Source of the DNA: Sphingobacteriales bacterium
GTDB lineage: Bacteria > Bacteroidota > Bacteroidia > Chitinophagales > JADIYW01
Length of the DNA stretch: 64,000 bases
Direction: 5' to 3'
Assembly: GCA_016721245.1 (NCBI GenBank)
Contig: JADKIQ010000004.1
Coordinates: 259,058-323,057, forward strand
How positions within the stretch are numbered: the stretch's first letter is position 1; each line of letters starts with the position of its first letter. This document shows positions 22,501 through 31,505 of this stretch, piece after piece. The translations under genes and the position numbers were made by a program. Under the pieces are notes generated by a model. The model ran no database searches and was not told the DNA's origin. It saw nothing but the letters and a program-made list of their open reading frames with translations.

Positions 22501-23787
22501 ACTGCAGCTTTGAATTTTTCTAACGGTAATTTTTTTAAAACACTTCTTAACATAAATAAATGAATCTAACACTTCATCTCCGCAGGCATTGATTACTTTG
22601 TACACATATTTACCACTTTCTAATCCCGAGAAACTTACTGTACTTGTATCTGTAATTGCTGCATCCAGCAGATTAAAGGTTGTAGGGCCTGAAACAGATA
22701 CATAACGTGTTGGCTGAAAAGATCTGGCTTTACCATCAATGCTATAATAGGTAAATACCGTCATTTTTCCATTTTCACAACTGCTGTTATTGTCTTGTAA
22801 TATCGTCATCCGGCGCACTTCTATCGTTTTCTTAAATCCGCAACTATCTATCAATCCAGCTAAAATACTGTCATCCGGTATCGGAAAGTTTTGTACCGTC
22901 GTACTTGGGCTTGCAACATCATTTGCAATATACTGATAGGGTAATCCGCTGCCGCTTGCCACATTTGAAATCGTAACTTTGTGGTCTTTAAAGTTTACAC
23001 AGGATACATCAAATGTATAATCAGGCGATGGACAAACTAATGAGGTGGTTGTTACATTACATTTGTCTTTTACAACAACAGAAATATTTTTGTTACAACG
23101 GTTAATATTTAAAAAACTTCCCGTAGTATTTGTCTGATCATAATTGACACCAAAAGCATGAAATGTAAATCCGCCGTTTCCATTTACTAAAGAATTCAAC
23201 ACAACAGATTTAGTATTATTAGAAACGTTTGGAACACAGGAAAAGTCTGCATTAATAACGACGGGTGCAACTGCTACCGTTTCAGTGTAAAAATTACTGC
23301 AGCTATCGTACACGCGGAACAGATAAGTTCCGGCGTCTAAACAGGTAAACGAATTTGAATCTTTTGGTGCTGAAAAGCTAAAGCCTCCATCCGAAGAATA
23401 AGAATAGGTATAGGGTCTTTTTCCGTTTACAGGCTGAATAATAATTGTAGACTGTTGTTGTATTGGTGTAAATGTAAGCGGAATATAATTTCCTGTTATT
23501 ACAGCACTGTTTACAGCAGTGAGGTTGTTTTTGTCTGTCACCCGAATGTTGTAAGTGCCGGATGGCAGATTTTGAAATAAACTGATACTTTGTGCCGGAC
23601 GGATGATGCCGCTTGTACTTGAAATAATCTGGTATAAATAGGGAACTGTTCCTCCGCTAACATTTATGGAAATTGAACCATTTGCACTGCAGCTGGATGG
23701 GGTTGTTGTGGATGAAAATGAAATCTGTGCATACGATATCGATATACTTAATAAATTAAAAATAATTAGAATTAAATTTTTAATCAT
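19588..23787 (-). CDS. SprB-repeat cell-surface protein with a type-B T9SS C-terminal domain (CHU_C)
   Basis: SprB-like repeats ('CSANGSISINVSGGTVPYLYQ', 'CNGNNATVKASVVGGTPPYTYEV'). The C-terminus reads 'CSCTFYVPTAFSPNNDGVNDVF...RWGELLF'. The ATG at 23787 gives 'MIKNLILIIF...'. Confidence 0.85.
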   Translation of the reverse strand: MIKNLILIIFNLLSISISYAQISFSSTTTPSSCSANGSISINVSGGTVPYLYQIISSTSGIIRPAQSISLFQNLPSGTYNIRVTDKNNLTAVNSAVITGNYIPLTFTPIQQQSTIIIQPVNGKRPYTYSYSSDGGFSFSAPKDSNSFTCLDAGTYLFRVYDSCSNFYTETVAVAPVVINADFSCVPNVSNNTKSVVLNSLVNGNGGFTFHAFGVNYDQTNTTGSFLNINRCNKNISVVVKDKCNVTTTSLVCPSPDYTFDVSCVNFKDHKVTISNVASGSGLPYQYIANDVASPSTTVQNFPIPDDSILAGLIDSCGFKKTIEVRRMTILQDNNSSCENGKMTVFTYYSIDGKARSFQPTRYVSVSGPTTFNLLDAAITDTSTVSFSGLESGKYVYKVINACGDEVLDSFIYVKKCFKKITVRKIQSCSTIRIILDKDCMRDTNTVYTLTDLQGNIISQNTFGIFNNLNNDSCYKVQMHELDCDTILTDYINPLRPKLKLFQNSCDELSITVRGTVKKSCGNALGSTFSSSYNFILADSLFNVIQTNPSGYINPVPPNTYWVYAQTSECNSDTLRYTRRSGFEDSLQFCITPVVKFKNNNCKLAWNVKVLNNFTNINLTLEGNGISIRNTKNFFGVDSGRYILKDGCQEQELFLPNYYTFKTVVNPGCPSNASVTSSYKIDTAYIKSVSKKNNFNICDEPPIDYNIKEVGTNEPLIYSTNGIFNNLKTGTYYAVFFKGNEDCNFHSDTIFTPFYTRPALTATYGLICNGNNATVKASVVGGTPPYTYEVLNSPIPQIITDSSYVLYNSLPLGTAQFRVNDACGVSTDYSTEVLSVNFQPTFKKKCTGEVQLIAPDIFNTTYVWTNKNNDTIGTTPIVYKNPNGDDTFSVTIKHLSCSITKTLFVSDFSSSIVNANAGFDFSTDTTSTFLHGNVPPVNATGTWRQIDPSSGNTIFTDIHDAVTKINVDVFPGQYTYIWTLTDTAIGCVSEDTVVVSFLRCPNIRPILFQKTIKNAICSNNGEIKITITQASTPVHILWNTGDTSAILKNLKDTVYTVIISDETSCTPDITDTILITASKPSFHTLFDSICSGDTLIINQKKYYTAGNYTDTLTNSAGCDSILSIQLFTFIKNDVFDTVSLCNNKQYTLANGQVITQSGDYIVRLKNEFGCDSLLHYNITFLPTHQISIDTFICSGFSYLLPNGNTVRQTGIYIDTLVNTFGCDSIIQTNLAVKDSLRNLFLGADTTICELDELILQLNYPNDIHYIWQDNSTQNNFTVKKEGVYFVKIVDACTDISDTIKIKTKDCSCTFYVPTAFSPNNDGVNDVFKPFAICEYYKDYKMQIFSRWGELLFETDDTVAGWNGKFKEKEQLMDSYIWTISYFDVLANETMTKKGIILLLK

Positions 23788-23981
23788 AAACAAATTTAAT
23801 CAATCATAAATAAAAACGAAAGGGATAATTTTATCCTATTCTTGTGATTTTATTCAAAGTTGAAACAATTATTTTTTCTTTTCCGGTACAAATTTTTGTA
23901 TTTGTCATAAAATTCATGACAATTAATAAATACAGCAGGATGTTTTTTAATTTAAATTTCAGAAAAAACAGGTTTTGTTTG

Positions 23982-23989
23982 TAGATTTG
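23982..23989 (+). promoter_or_regulatory. Bacteroidota -7 promoter box (TAnnTTTG) for the nitroreductase gene
   Basis: 'TAGATTTG' lies about 32 nt upstream of the ATG at 24021. Confidence 0.35.
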
Positions 23990-24020
23990 AACCTTCTACC
24001 TTAAGTTACGTTTTAGTTTT

Positions 24021-24749
24021 ATGAAATCAGCAGCAGAAATCTTTAATAATATTGTAAATGAACGTCGTTCCATCAGGATTTACGACGATAAGGCACCATT
24101 TGATGGTGAAGCGGTTGCCCGCAGTTTAGACAGAGCATTACTGGCACCTAACTCCAGTAATTTGCAATTATGGGAATTTTACCGGGTGAAAACAAAAGCA
24201 AAAAAAGATGAACTGGCTAAGTATTGTTTAGGGCAAAACGCAGCTAAAACAGCCAATGAATTAGTTGTGTTTGTTACGAGAAAAGACAAATGGAAAGAAC
24301 ATGCGGAATTTGTGTTAAATGAATCAAAAAAAGATTTTCCGGCAACTTTAGGAAAAAGACACAAACTCGTTGTTGATTATTATACGAAAGTTATTCCAAC
24401 CTTGTATTTCTCCGATCCGGTAGATATCACCGGCGGATTGAAAAAAATTGTTTCTGCTTTTGGAGGAGCATTTCAGCCTGTTCCACGTCAGGTTACAGCA
24501 ACAGACATGCGAATTGTAGTGCACAAGAGTGTGGCTTTGGCAGCACAAACGTTCATGCTAAGCATGCAGGCAGAAGGTTACGATACCTGTCCAATGGAAG
24601 GCTTCGATAGCGCACGAGTCAAGAAGTTCCTGAATCTTCCAAGAGGCGCAGAGATCTGTATGATTGTTTCTGTAGGAAAAGCGAAACCGGAAGGTGTTTA
24701 TGGCAAACGTGTGCGAATTCCGAGAGAAGAAGTTATCTTTGAGTTGTAA
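24021..24749 (+). CDS. Nitroreductase family protein
   Basis: 'ERRSIRIYDDKA...LLAPNSSNLQLWEFYRV' is the typical nitroreductase N-terminal core; 242 aa. Confidence 0.8.
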   Translation: MKSAAEIFNNIVNERRSIRIYDDKAPFDGEAVARSLDRALLAPNSSNLQLWEFYRVKTKAKKDELAKYCLGQNAAKTANELVVFVTRKDKWKEHAEFVLNESKKDFPATLGKRHKLVVDYYTKVIPTLYFSDPVDITGGLKKIVSAFGGAFQPVPRQVTATDMRIVVHKSVALAAQTFMLSMQAEGYDTCPMEGFDSARVKKFLNLPRGAEICMIVSVGKAKPEGVYGKRVRIPREEVIFEL

Positions 24750-25523
24750 ATGGAACCTCTTTTCAAAGGCATCATCAGCGGTATTACCATCAGTTTTCTG
24801 ATTGGTCCTATTTTTTTTGCGCTGGCAGATATCACCATTTCTAAAGGATGGAAATGCGGATTGTCTTATGTCTTTGGTGTCTTACTCAGTGATGTTATAA
24901 TTATCTATCTGGTCGAAACGATTTTGCAGCAATTCACATTTGATTCCATAAAAACAGAAATCGGACTTATTGGAGGTGTATTACTAATCATTTTTGGTAT
25001 TGCCACGTTTTTATCTAAAACAAGTATTAAAGCATTAGATGTGACCAATGTTAGAACGTTATTAGGTGCTTTTGTTAAAGGTGTTACCATCAATATTTTC
25101 AATCCCTTTGTAACGGTTTGGTGGATTACCATGTTTACAACCGTTACTATTTATTATGTTCATTTTTCTGAAAAATTTCTTTTCTACTTTGGAATACTTC
25201 TCATGGTATTTTTGTTTGATTTACTGAAAATGAGGTTTGCTTATTTTTTGAAACAAAAACTCACTGCAAACAATCTGAATAAAGTGAAAAAAGTCGTTGG
25301 TGTTTGTTTGTTTATTTTTGGTTTAATGATGATTGTAAAGGTAAGTGTGTATAAAAGATTAATCTTACTCACCTTCCATATCTTCCAGCATAATGCTTTT
25401 GTAACTCACGTAATCATCTACCGTGGAGAAACGGAAATCAGGATATTCCGACATGAATTTTTTATTCTTCAAACCACCCTGCAAAGGCCTTGCCGCCGGC
25501 GCATTTATTTGTTCGGTCGTTAA
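24750..25523 (+). CDS. LysE/RhtB family amino-acid exporter; the 3' end is uncertain
   Basis: A hydrophobic profile with about 6 TM segments and an ATG that abuts the upstream stop. The last ~53 aa are non-hydrophobic and run antisense to the rmlD-like 3' end. Confidence 0.65.
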   Translation: MEPLFKGIISGITISFLIGPIFFALADITISKGWKCGLSYVFGVLLSDVIIIYLVETILQQFTFDSIKTEIGLIGGVLLIIFGIATFLSKTSIKALDVTNVRTLLGAFVKGVTINIFNPFVTVWWITMFTTVTIYYVHFSEKFLFYFGILLMVFLFDLLKMRFAYFLKQKLTANNLNKVKKVVGVCLFIFGLMMIVKVSVYKRLILLTFHIFQHNAFVTHVIIYRGETEIRIFRHEFFILQTTLQRPCRRRIYLFGR

Positions 25524-26261
25524 CGGAATCAGTTCATAACTCGCATCCGGGAAATATTTTAAAATAGTGAGTGCCAGTTGTACACGGTTCATATAATCCG
25601 TGCCGGCAATGTTGTAAACGCCGCTTTTCCTGTCTGTTAATAATAAATATAAACAACGGGCAATATCAAATGCGTTAATCGGTGTTGCATATTGATCAAC
25701 AGGTAATCTCAAGGTTAGTTTTTGTTGCTCGAAAACTTGTTCTATGATGCGCGATACAAAATTTTTACCGCGTTCTTCGTCACCATATACATTTGTGATT
25801 CTTATAACAATGTTGTTTGAATCGGCTGCAATCACGGCTAATTCCGCTTCCAGTTTATGTTTTCCATAAATGGAAATGGCATTTGGAAGAGCGTCTTCAT
25901 CATAAGGACCATTGGCACCGTCAAAAATATAATCCGTAGAGATGAAGACTAATTTTGCGTTCAATTCTTTTGCCAGCGCAATCATGTTATTGGTAGAATG
26001 TACCGTCTTTTCATGGCTTTCCGCTTCATGATGTTCGCAGTAGTCCACATGCGTCAGCGCACCGCAATGCAGAATGACATCCGGTTTATAACTTGCTGCG
26101 TCAAAATTATCCGGATTGTTTAGATTCAGGGTGTCAAAGAATACGGTGTTTTTCGCTTCATATGAAAAATAGGTGCCAACACATTCAATTTCTTTCTGTT
26201 TAAAATAACGAAGACAATTTGAGCCTACTAAACCTGATGCGCCGATGATAAGTACTTTCAT
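25365..26261 (-). CDS. dTDP-4-dehydrorhamnose reductase-like (RmlD family) NAD(P)-dependent sugar-nucleotide reductase
   Basis: 'MKVLIIGASGLVGS' Rossmann motif and 'ISTDYIFDGANGPYDEDALPNAISIYGKHKLEAE', the RmlD substrate-binding signature. Confidence 0.8.
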   Translation of the reverse strand: MKVLIIGASGLVGSNCLRYFKQKEIECVGTYFSYEAKNTVFFDTLNLNNPDNFDAASYKPDVILHCGALTHVDYCEHHEAESHEKTVHSTNNMIALAKELNAKLVFISTDYIFDGANGPYDEDALPNAISIYGKHKLEAELAVIAADSNNIVIRITNVYGDEERGKNFVSRIIEQVFEQQKLTLRLPVDQYATPINAFDIARCLYLLLTDRKSGVYNIAGTDYMNRVQLALTILKYFPDASYELIPLTTEQINAPAARPLQGGLKNKKFMSEYPDFRFSTVDDYVSYKSIMLEDMEGE

Positions 26262-26276
26262 GTTAAAATTATTGTA

Positions 26277-27340
26277 TTATTGAATTGATGATTTATTGAA
26301 TGTTAGGGAGCTGAATTTTTTGATGCCTTTTACAAAATAATTCCAGATAATGCTTTCGTTTAAAACGCCTGTTTTATTGGGTGATGCAACAGCTATGGTT
26401 TTCTGCAGGAGTTCGTTCTCTGCACGTTTCTTATCCCATTTATGCAGGGTGTTTTTGTAATCGTTCAGCCCCTGACGAATGGCTTTTGCTTCTGCTATAT
26501 TTCCTTTTGCAAGCGCTACTAAAGTGGCCAGCTGGTCCAGGCGGTATCTGGTGGAATAGATAGATGCCAATTCCTGTTCGGATAAATTTTTACGCAACAG
26601 TTTCCGGTTGTTTCTGAAATTGAGATATGTTTTTTTAGGATTCGATTTATTGAGTGTACCGCCGCCCACATGATATACGGTACTTTCTGCACAATACCCT
26701 ATTTTGTAGCCTAAATTCTTTAATCGCCAGCATAAATCTATTTCTTCCATATGTGCAAAAAATTCGGCATCCAGTCCGCCGGCTTTGTGGAAGATATCTG
26801 CTTTTATAAAAAAAGACAGGCACCACTTGCCCAGAATATCTCGCCGCTTTGATTGTATTGTCCTTCATCTGTTTCGCAGGTGTCAAAGATTCGTCCTCTG
26901 CAAAACGGATAGCCGTATTTATCAATGAAACCACCAGCCGCACCGGCATATTCAAATTTATTTTTTTCTGAATAGGATAAAATCTTTGGCTGACATGCTG
27001 CCATTAATTCGTCTTTTAATAAGAATGTCATGGTGTTTTCAATCCAGTTGGGCGTCACTTCCACATCCGAATTTAACAGCACATAATAATCACTGTCGAT
27101 TTTTTGCAAAGCATCGTTATAACCACCCGCATATCCTGTATTGCTAGAATTGATAACCATTTTTATTTGCGGGAAATACTGTTGTAAAAATAAAACAGAA
27201 TCATCCGTAGAGGCATTGTCTGCCACGATTATTTCAGCATTAGAATAGGTCGTGTGTTGGATGACGTTTGGCAAAAATTGTTCCAGCCAACTTTTTCCGT
27301 TGTAGTTTAGTATGACGACTGAAACTTTTGGTTGATGCAT
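26277..27340 (-). pseudogene. Family-2 glycosyltransferase split by a frameshift in an A7 tract (26808-26814)
   Basis: The N-terminal part is 'VSVVILNYNGKSWLEQ...ADNASTDDS...WASGACLFL*'. The other frame continues 'IKADIFHKAGGLDAEFFAHMEEIDLCWR'. Together they form one GT2 sequence. Confidence 0.8.
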
Positions 27341-27380
27341 AATACAAAGATACTTATTACTTATGACTCACTACTCACGA

Positions 27381-28262
27381 CTAATAATTTATTCCGGCAC
27401 GTTTCCATCTGCGATGGCTCCACAACCAGTATTCCGGTTTATTATGGATGTCTTTTTCCAGCAATCGAACATATTTTTCTACAATGAAATTCTCTGTTTC
27501 TTTTTGTGCATTTTCCGTTATGGTTTCAAATTTCAATTCGTAATATCCACGATTGATTTTTTGGATGGAAGCGTATAAAACAATGGCGTTCGTTTTTTGA
27601 GCCAGCGTATCAAATCCCTTAAAAAACGGAGTGTCAAGACTCATGAATTTTGTCCAGTAGGCATTGTCGGTATCAACGGGCGTCTGATCAGCCACAAAAG
27701 CCACCAAAGAAGGTTTTTTCTGCAAATTTACGTACAATGATTTTACCTGATGCATCGCTATCAGCTGACATCCAAACCTGGACCTGTTTTTTAATAGAAA
27801 TTTCTCAAATGTTTTGTTACTGGGAGATGCGTACAGAGCATATGAAGGTAATTTTGTTTCCAGTCCTGCAAGGAGAGAAGCCCATTCCCAGTTGCCATAA
27901 TGTCCAAGTACTACAAAAATATGTTGTCCTGTATTTTCATACGTTTTGAGCAGTGCATAACTTTCATGTTCGAGTTGTATGCGTTCTTTTAATTCTTCTT
28001 TTGAGATAGAAATACTTTTAATGGTTTCAACGATAAAGTCGGCAAGATGACGGTAATAATTGCTTCTGATAAACCAGAGTTCTTCGCTTCGTTTATGCGG
28101 AAATGCGTTGATGAGATTCATGTCAATCACCGTTTTTCTGTAAGCATATATACGATTAAACAGGAAGTAAATAATATCAGCAAATGAAAATAAAAATTTC
28201 AATGGCAAAAAGGAGAGCCGTTTTGCATAAAATAATCCAAGTTTCGTGAAGAGCCATTGCAC
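27381..28262 (-). CDS. Lipid A biosynthesis (LpxL/HtrB-type) lysophospholipid acyltransferase family protein
   Basis: 'VLGHYGNWEW' acyltransferase motif, an N-terminal membrane anchor, and about 293 aa. Confidence 0.7.
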   Translation of the reverse strand: MQWLFTKLGLFYAKRLSFLPLKFLFSFADIIYFLFNRIYAYRKTVIDMNLINAFPHKRSEELWFIRSNYYRHLADFIVETIKSISISKEELKERIQLEHESYALLKTYENTGQHIFVVLGHYGNWEWASLLAGLETKLPSYALYASPSNKTFEKFLLKNRSRFGCQLIAMHQVKSLYVNLQKKPSLVAFVADQTPVDTDNAYWTKFMSLDTPFFKGFDTLAQKTNAIVLYASIQKINRGYYELKFETITENAQKETENFIVEKYVRLLEKDIHNKPEYWLWSHRRWKRAGINY

Positions 28263-28340
28263 ACTGTGAAAATAACGAATAGTGTACTGTGATTTATTAC
28301 CGGCAGGTTATTTTTTACAAAAATAAATTGTAAATCGTAA

Positions 28341-28348
28341 TATCTTTG
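28341..28348 (+). promoter_or_regulatory. Bacteroidota -7 promoter box (TAnnTTTG)
   Basis: 'TATCTTTG' ends 4 nt before the ATG at 28353. Confidence 0.35.
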
Positions 28349-28352
28349 TGCG

Positions 28353-28976
28353 ATGAATGCTATTTTAATTGAATCACAATATATCGGTAGCTGCAGTTAC
28401 TGGAATTTGTTGCTGAAGGCAGATGCAATTGTATTGGACACACACGAACATTTTGTAAAACGTAGCTACAGAAACAGGGCGCATATCTTAGGTGCCAATG
28501 GATTATTGAGACTGAGCATTCCGTTGGTGAGTGGTAAACATCAGCATTCCGCCATGAAAGATGTTCGCATTTCCTATAATGAAAACTGGCAGGGACTGCA
28601 CTGGCATAGTTTTACTTCCGCTTATCGCAGATCACCTTTTTTTGAGTTTTATGAAGATCATTTTCGTAAATTCTATGAAGAAAAAACAGACTTGCTGGTG
28701 GAGTATAATTTTCAGTTCATGCAAACCATTGCTTTTGTTCTGAAAACGGAATTATCCGTTTCATTTTCAGAAAAATATTTTACAAAAGATGAATTTTCAG
28801 GCACAGATTACAGAAGTCATATTATGCCGGGAAAAGATAATACACTTGATTTTACGGCCTACCCGCAGGTGTTTAGCGACAGATTTCCGTTTGAAAAAGA
28901 TTTGAGTATACTGGATTTATTGTTTAACACCGGAACGAGAGCAAAAGAATATATTGAGCAAATAAAGCTTAGATAA
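28353..28976 (+). CDS. WbqC-like family protein (LPS/O-antigen associated)
   Basis: '...HEHFVKRSYRNRAHILGANGLLRLSIPL' matches my recollection of WbqC-family proteins, and the gene sits among glycan genes. Confidence 0.6.
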   Translation: MNAILIESQYIGSCSYWNLLLKADAIVLDTHEHFVKRSYRNRAHILGANGLLRLSIPLVSGKHQHSAMKDVRISYNENWQGLHWHSFTSAYRRSPFFEFYEDHFRKFYEEKTDLLVEYNFQFMQTIAFVLKTELSVSFSEKYFTKDEFSGTDYRSHIMPGKDNTLDFTAYPQVFSDRFPFEKDLSILDLLFNTGTRAKEYIEQIKLR

Positions 28977-29796
28977 CAACGTCTAATTCTACTTTCCACA
29001 AGAATTTATTTTCATCTTTGTCAAATTCTTTTTTCAACTTAACATTGATATTCAGGTTGGAGATAGACATATCAGAAACCTCTTTAGTTTTTACCTGATA
29101 TATTTTTGCTTCCGGTTGTATGCTTTCCACTTTAGTAAGGGTGGCATTTTTCATATTGTAGTTTCTTAACTGAATCACCAGATAGTTATACATGCCATCT
29201 GCTTTTGATCGGTCATCCGTTTTTACGAAACTGCAGTTATAAAAATACCTGCCTTTGCCGTTGTTGATATATACAGATTCATACGCTCCGCGAATATTGT
29301 AATTACAATAAACTCTGTCTTTAGCATCCGGAATTTTAGTTGAATCGATGGAGTTTTTACCATTTACTTTTAACTGAGAAATGGAATAATTGATGGCATC
29401 AAGAAAATTATAATAACGATAATCCGGAACAGACCACCATGTCGGATTCATATCCAGTGTTACACGTATCCTATTGATTTCGTAGTATTTTTCAATGGCA
29501 TTATAACGCAATACTTTAAGACTCATAGGCGTACCTACCGTTCCCTGCACTAAACTCAGTATATTGCCGTACGACATTTTATGCACCGGAACTTTATCGA
29601 TTTCTAAAATTACATCACCCGGTCTCAGTGTTTTTGAATTGAGATAATGATTGATTTCCAGAGATTTTACCTTAAAGCGTTGTGCAGTAGAATCAAACAC
29701 AGCTTGTCCTCCAATACCACCAATACTTGTTGTCTTTGGGGTAGTTGCAGAGATAAATAAAAGGAATAATCCGCTTAAAAGAAATATGTTTCTCAT
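28969..29796 (-). CDS. Secreted PDZ domain-containing protein
   Basis: Signal peptide 'MRNIFLLSGLFLLFISA' and a PDZ-like 'LRPGDVILEIDKVPVHKMSYGNILSLVQGTVGTPMSLKVLR'. Confidence 0.55.
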   Translation of the reverse strand: MRNIFLLSGLFLLFISATTPKTTSIGGIGGQAVFDSTAQRFKVKSLEINHYLNSKTLRPGDVILEIDKVPVHKMSYGNILSLVQGTVGTPMSLKVLRYNAIEKYYEINRIRVTLDMNPTWWSVPDYRYYNFLDAINYSISQLKVNGKNSIDSTKIPDAKDRVYCNYNIRGAYESVYINNGKGRYFYNCSFVKTDDRSKADGMYNYLVIQLRNYNMKNATLTKVESIQPEAKIYQVKTKEVSDMSISNLNINVKLKKEFDKDENKFLWKVELDVVI

Positions 29797-29837
29797 CTTA
29801 CTTGCTGTGCAAATTTAATTCCAAAAAGCACAAAATA

Positions 29838-29866
29838 AAAGCCTTCAAATGTTAATTGAAGGCTTT
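29838..29866 (-). terminator. Terminator at the end of the Atu/Liu-like operon
   Basis: An 11-bp stem (aaagccttcaa 29838-29848 / ttgaaggcttt 29856-29866), followed by T-rich sequence on the minus strand. Confidence 0.7.
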
Positions 29867-29895
29867 ATTGTTTATTTGATTATTATTTCACAAAA

Positions 29896-31407
29896 TTATA
29901 ACTTTTTAAAGAGCCCGCCGAATGCCATCATCTGCATTAAGTCAGAAACTTTAATTTTTCCGGTCATAAAAGCTTCCTGTGGATTCATTTTTCCGGTTTC
30001 TACCGCGATATAAGTTTCATCATCGGTTTCAACCAGACAGTTTGCATCGCCCTGTAATCCTTTATCTACCGTCAGTTTTCCGTCCGCAATAGATACTGTG
30101 TAATTGTCGGAAGTGAATTGGAAATGTACATTCAGATTTTTTCCGGCTGACTTTTCAGATTTAAAACGGGCTGGAAGTGTTTCAAAAATATCCGCAACGG
30201 TTTCCAGTGCAGGTTTACTTTCCTCTGTTTGGGACTCAGCTCTTTCATAATTTGTGTCATCAATCACCATTTTGGCAATGATTTCACGCATAATTTCAGA
30301 GGAACCGCCACCGATGGTACCGATACGGGAATCTCTGAAGGCACGCGCTACTTTGTATTCCTCCATATAACCGTAGCCTCCGAAAAACTGTAAACACTGA
30401 TAGGTAGCTTTATCAGCTAATTCAGTAGATAGTAATTTAGCCATAGAACTTTCTTTTACTGCATATTTTCCATCGGCATGCATTCTGCAGGTGTGTAACA
30501 CGAAGAAACGAACGGATTCTATTTCTGCGGATAATTGTGCCACCCGGTGACGTAATACCTGAAATTTATTGATGGTTCTGCCAAATGCACTTCTTTCGCT
30601 CATGTATTGTAAAGAGTAGCCCAGTACCGCATCACAGCCGGAATAGCCCATGATGGAACCTGCTAAACGTTCCAGCTGTAAGCCACCCATCAGGTAGTAG
30701 AAGCCTTTGCCTTCTTCACCCAATAAGTTTTTTGCAGGCACTTTCACATCATCGAAATGCAGTTCTGCCGTATCGGAAGAATGCCAGCCTAATTTTCTCA
30801 GTTTGTTTTTGGAAATACCCGGCGAATCCAAATCCACTACTAACAAACTTACCCCCGCAGCACCTGCATCTGGGTTGGTTTTACAAACGAGAATTACGAA
30901 CTGACCGTAAATACCGTTCGTGATGAATGTTTTGGAACCATTCAAGACATAATGGTCACCTTCTTTTCTTGCGCGCATCTGTATATTGGCGGCGTCGCTG
31001 CCGGCGCCCGGTTCTGTGATACCGATACAACCGATTTTATCGCCCGCAATGGCAGGTTTGAGGTAGTTTTCTTTCAGGTAATCACTTCCATGGTGAAAGA
31101 TGTACGGCGTACTCATAAAGACCTGTACGGCAGCCGTGATAGCAAAACCGCCGGAGAATATTTTGGAAATTTCTTCCAGCATGACGACATCATAGAAAAA
31201 ATCTAATCCGCTGCCACCCAAACTTTCAGGATAGCAAAGTCCGAAGTAACCCATTTCACCGAATTTCTTCCAGAACTCGCGTGGGATTTTACCGTCCAGT
31301 TCCCATTGGTCGATATGCGGAATAGCTTCCGCTTCTAAAAATTGACGAATCGTTTTTCTGAAAGATTCGTGTTCTTCATTGAAGTAATAAGATAGTGCTG
31401 TGCTCAT
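29896..31407 (-). CDS. Acyl-CoA dehydrogenase fused to a C-terminal SCP2 sterol/lipid-binding domain
   Basis: ACAD core ('GITEPGAGSD', 'GGGSSEIMREIIAK') followed by about 100 aa ending 'GKMNPQEAFMTGKIKVSDLMQMMAFGGLF', an SCP2 signature. Confidence 0.85.
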   Translation of the reverse strand: MSTALSYYFNEEHESFRKTIRQFLEAEAIPHIDQWELDGKIPREFWKKFGEMGYFGLCYPESLGGSGLDFFYDVVMLEEISKIFSGGFAITAAVQVFMSTPYIFHHGSDYLKENYLKPAIAGDKIGCIGITEPGAGSDAANIQMRARKEGDHYVLNGSKTFITNGIYGQFVILVCKTNPDAGAAGVSLLVVDLDSPGISKNKLRKLGWHSSDTAELHFDDVKVPAKNLLGEEGKGFYYLMGGLQLERLAGSIMGYSGCDAVLGYSLQYMSERSAFGRTINKFQVLRHRVAQLSAEIESVRFFVLHTCRMHADGKYAVKESSMAKLLSTELADKATYQCLQFFGGYGYMEEYKVARAFRDSRIGTIGGGSSEIMREIIAKMVIDDTNYERAESQTEESKPALETVADIFETLPARFKSEKSAGKNLNVHFQFTSDNYTVSIADGKLTVDKGLQGDANCLVETDDETYIAVETGKMNPQEAFMTGKIKVSDLMQMMAFGGLFKKL

Positions 31408-31441
31408 TTTTTATTGATTTTATATTTTACTTTTTTAATGT

Positions 31442-31505
31442 CGTCATTGTGAGGTGCGAAGCAGTTATATTATTGTTAGATTGCTTCACTTCGTTCGCAA
31501 TGACG
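31442..31505. repeat. Intercistronic imperfect palindrome (cgtcattg...gaagca / tgcttc...caatgacg)
   Basis: The outer 8-bp arms cgtcattg (31442-31449) and caatgacg (31498-31505) enclose inner 6-bp arms gaagca/tgcttc. Confidence 0.7.

Noticed and set aside
26647-26955. A 102-aa ORF bridging the GT2 frameshift
   Set aside because: It is in a third frame with no GT2 similarity. The two flanking fragments join cleanly at the A7 tract, which explains the locus without this ORF.
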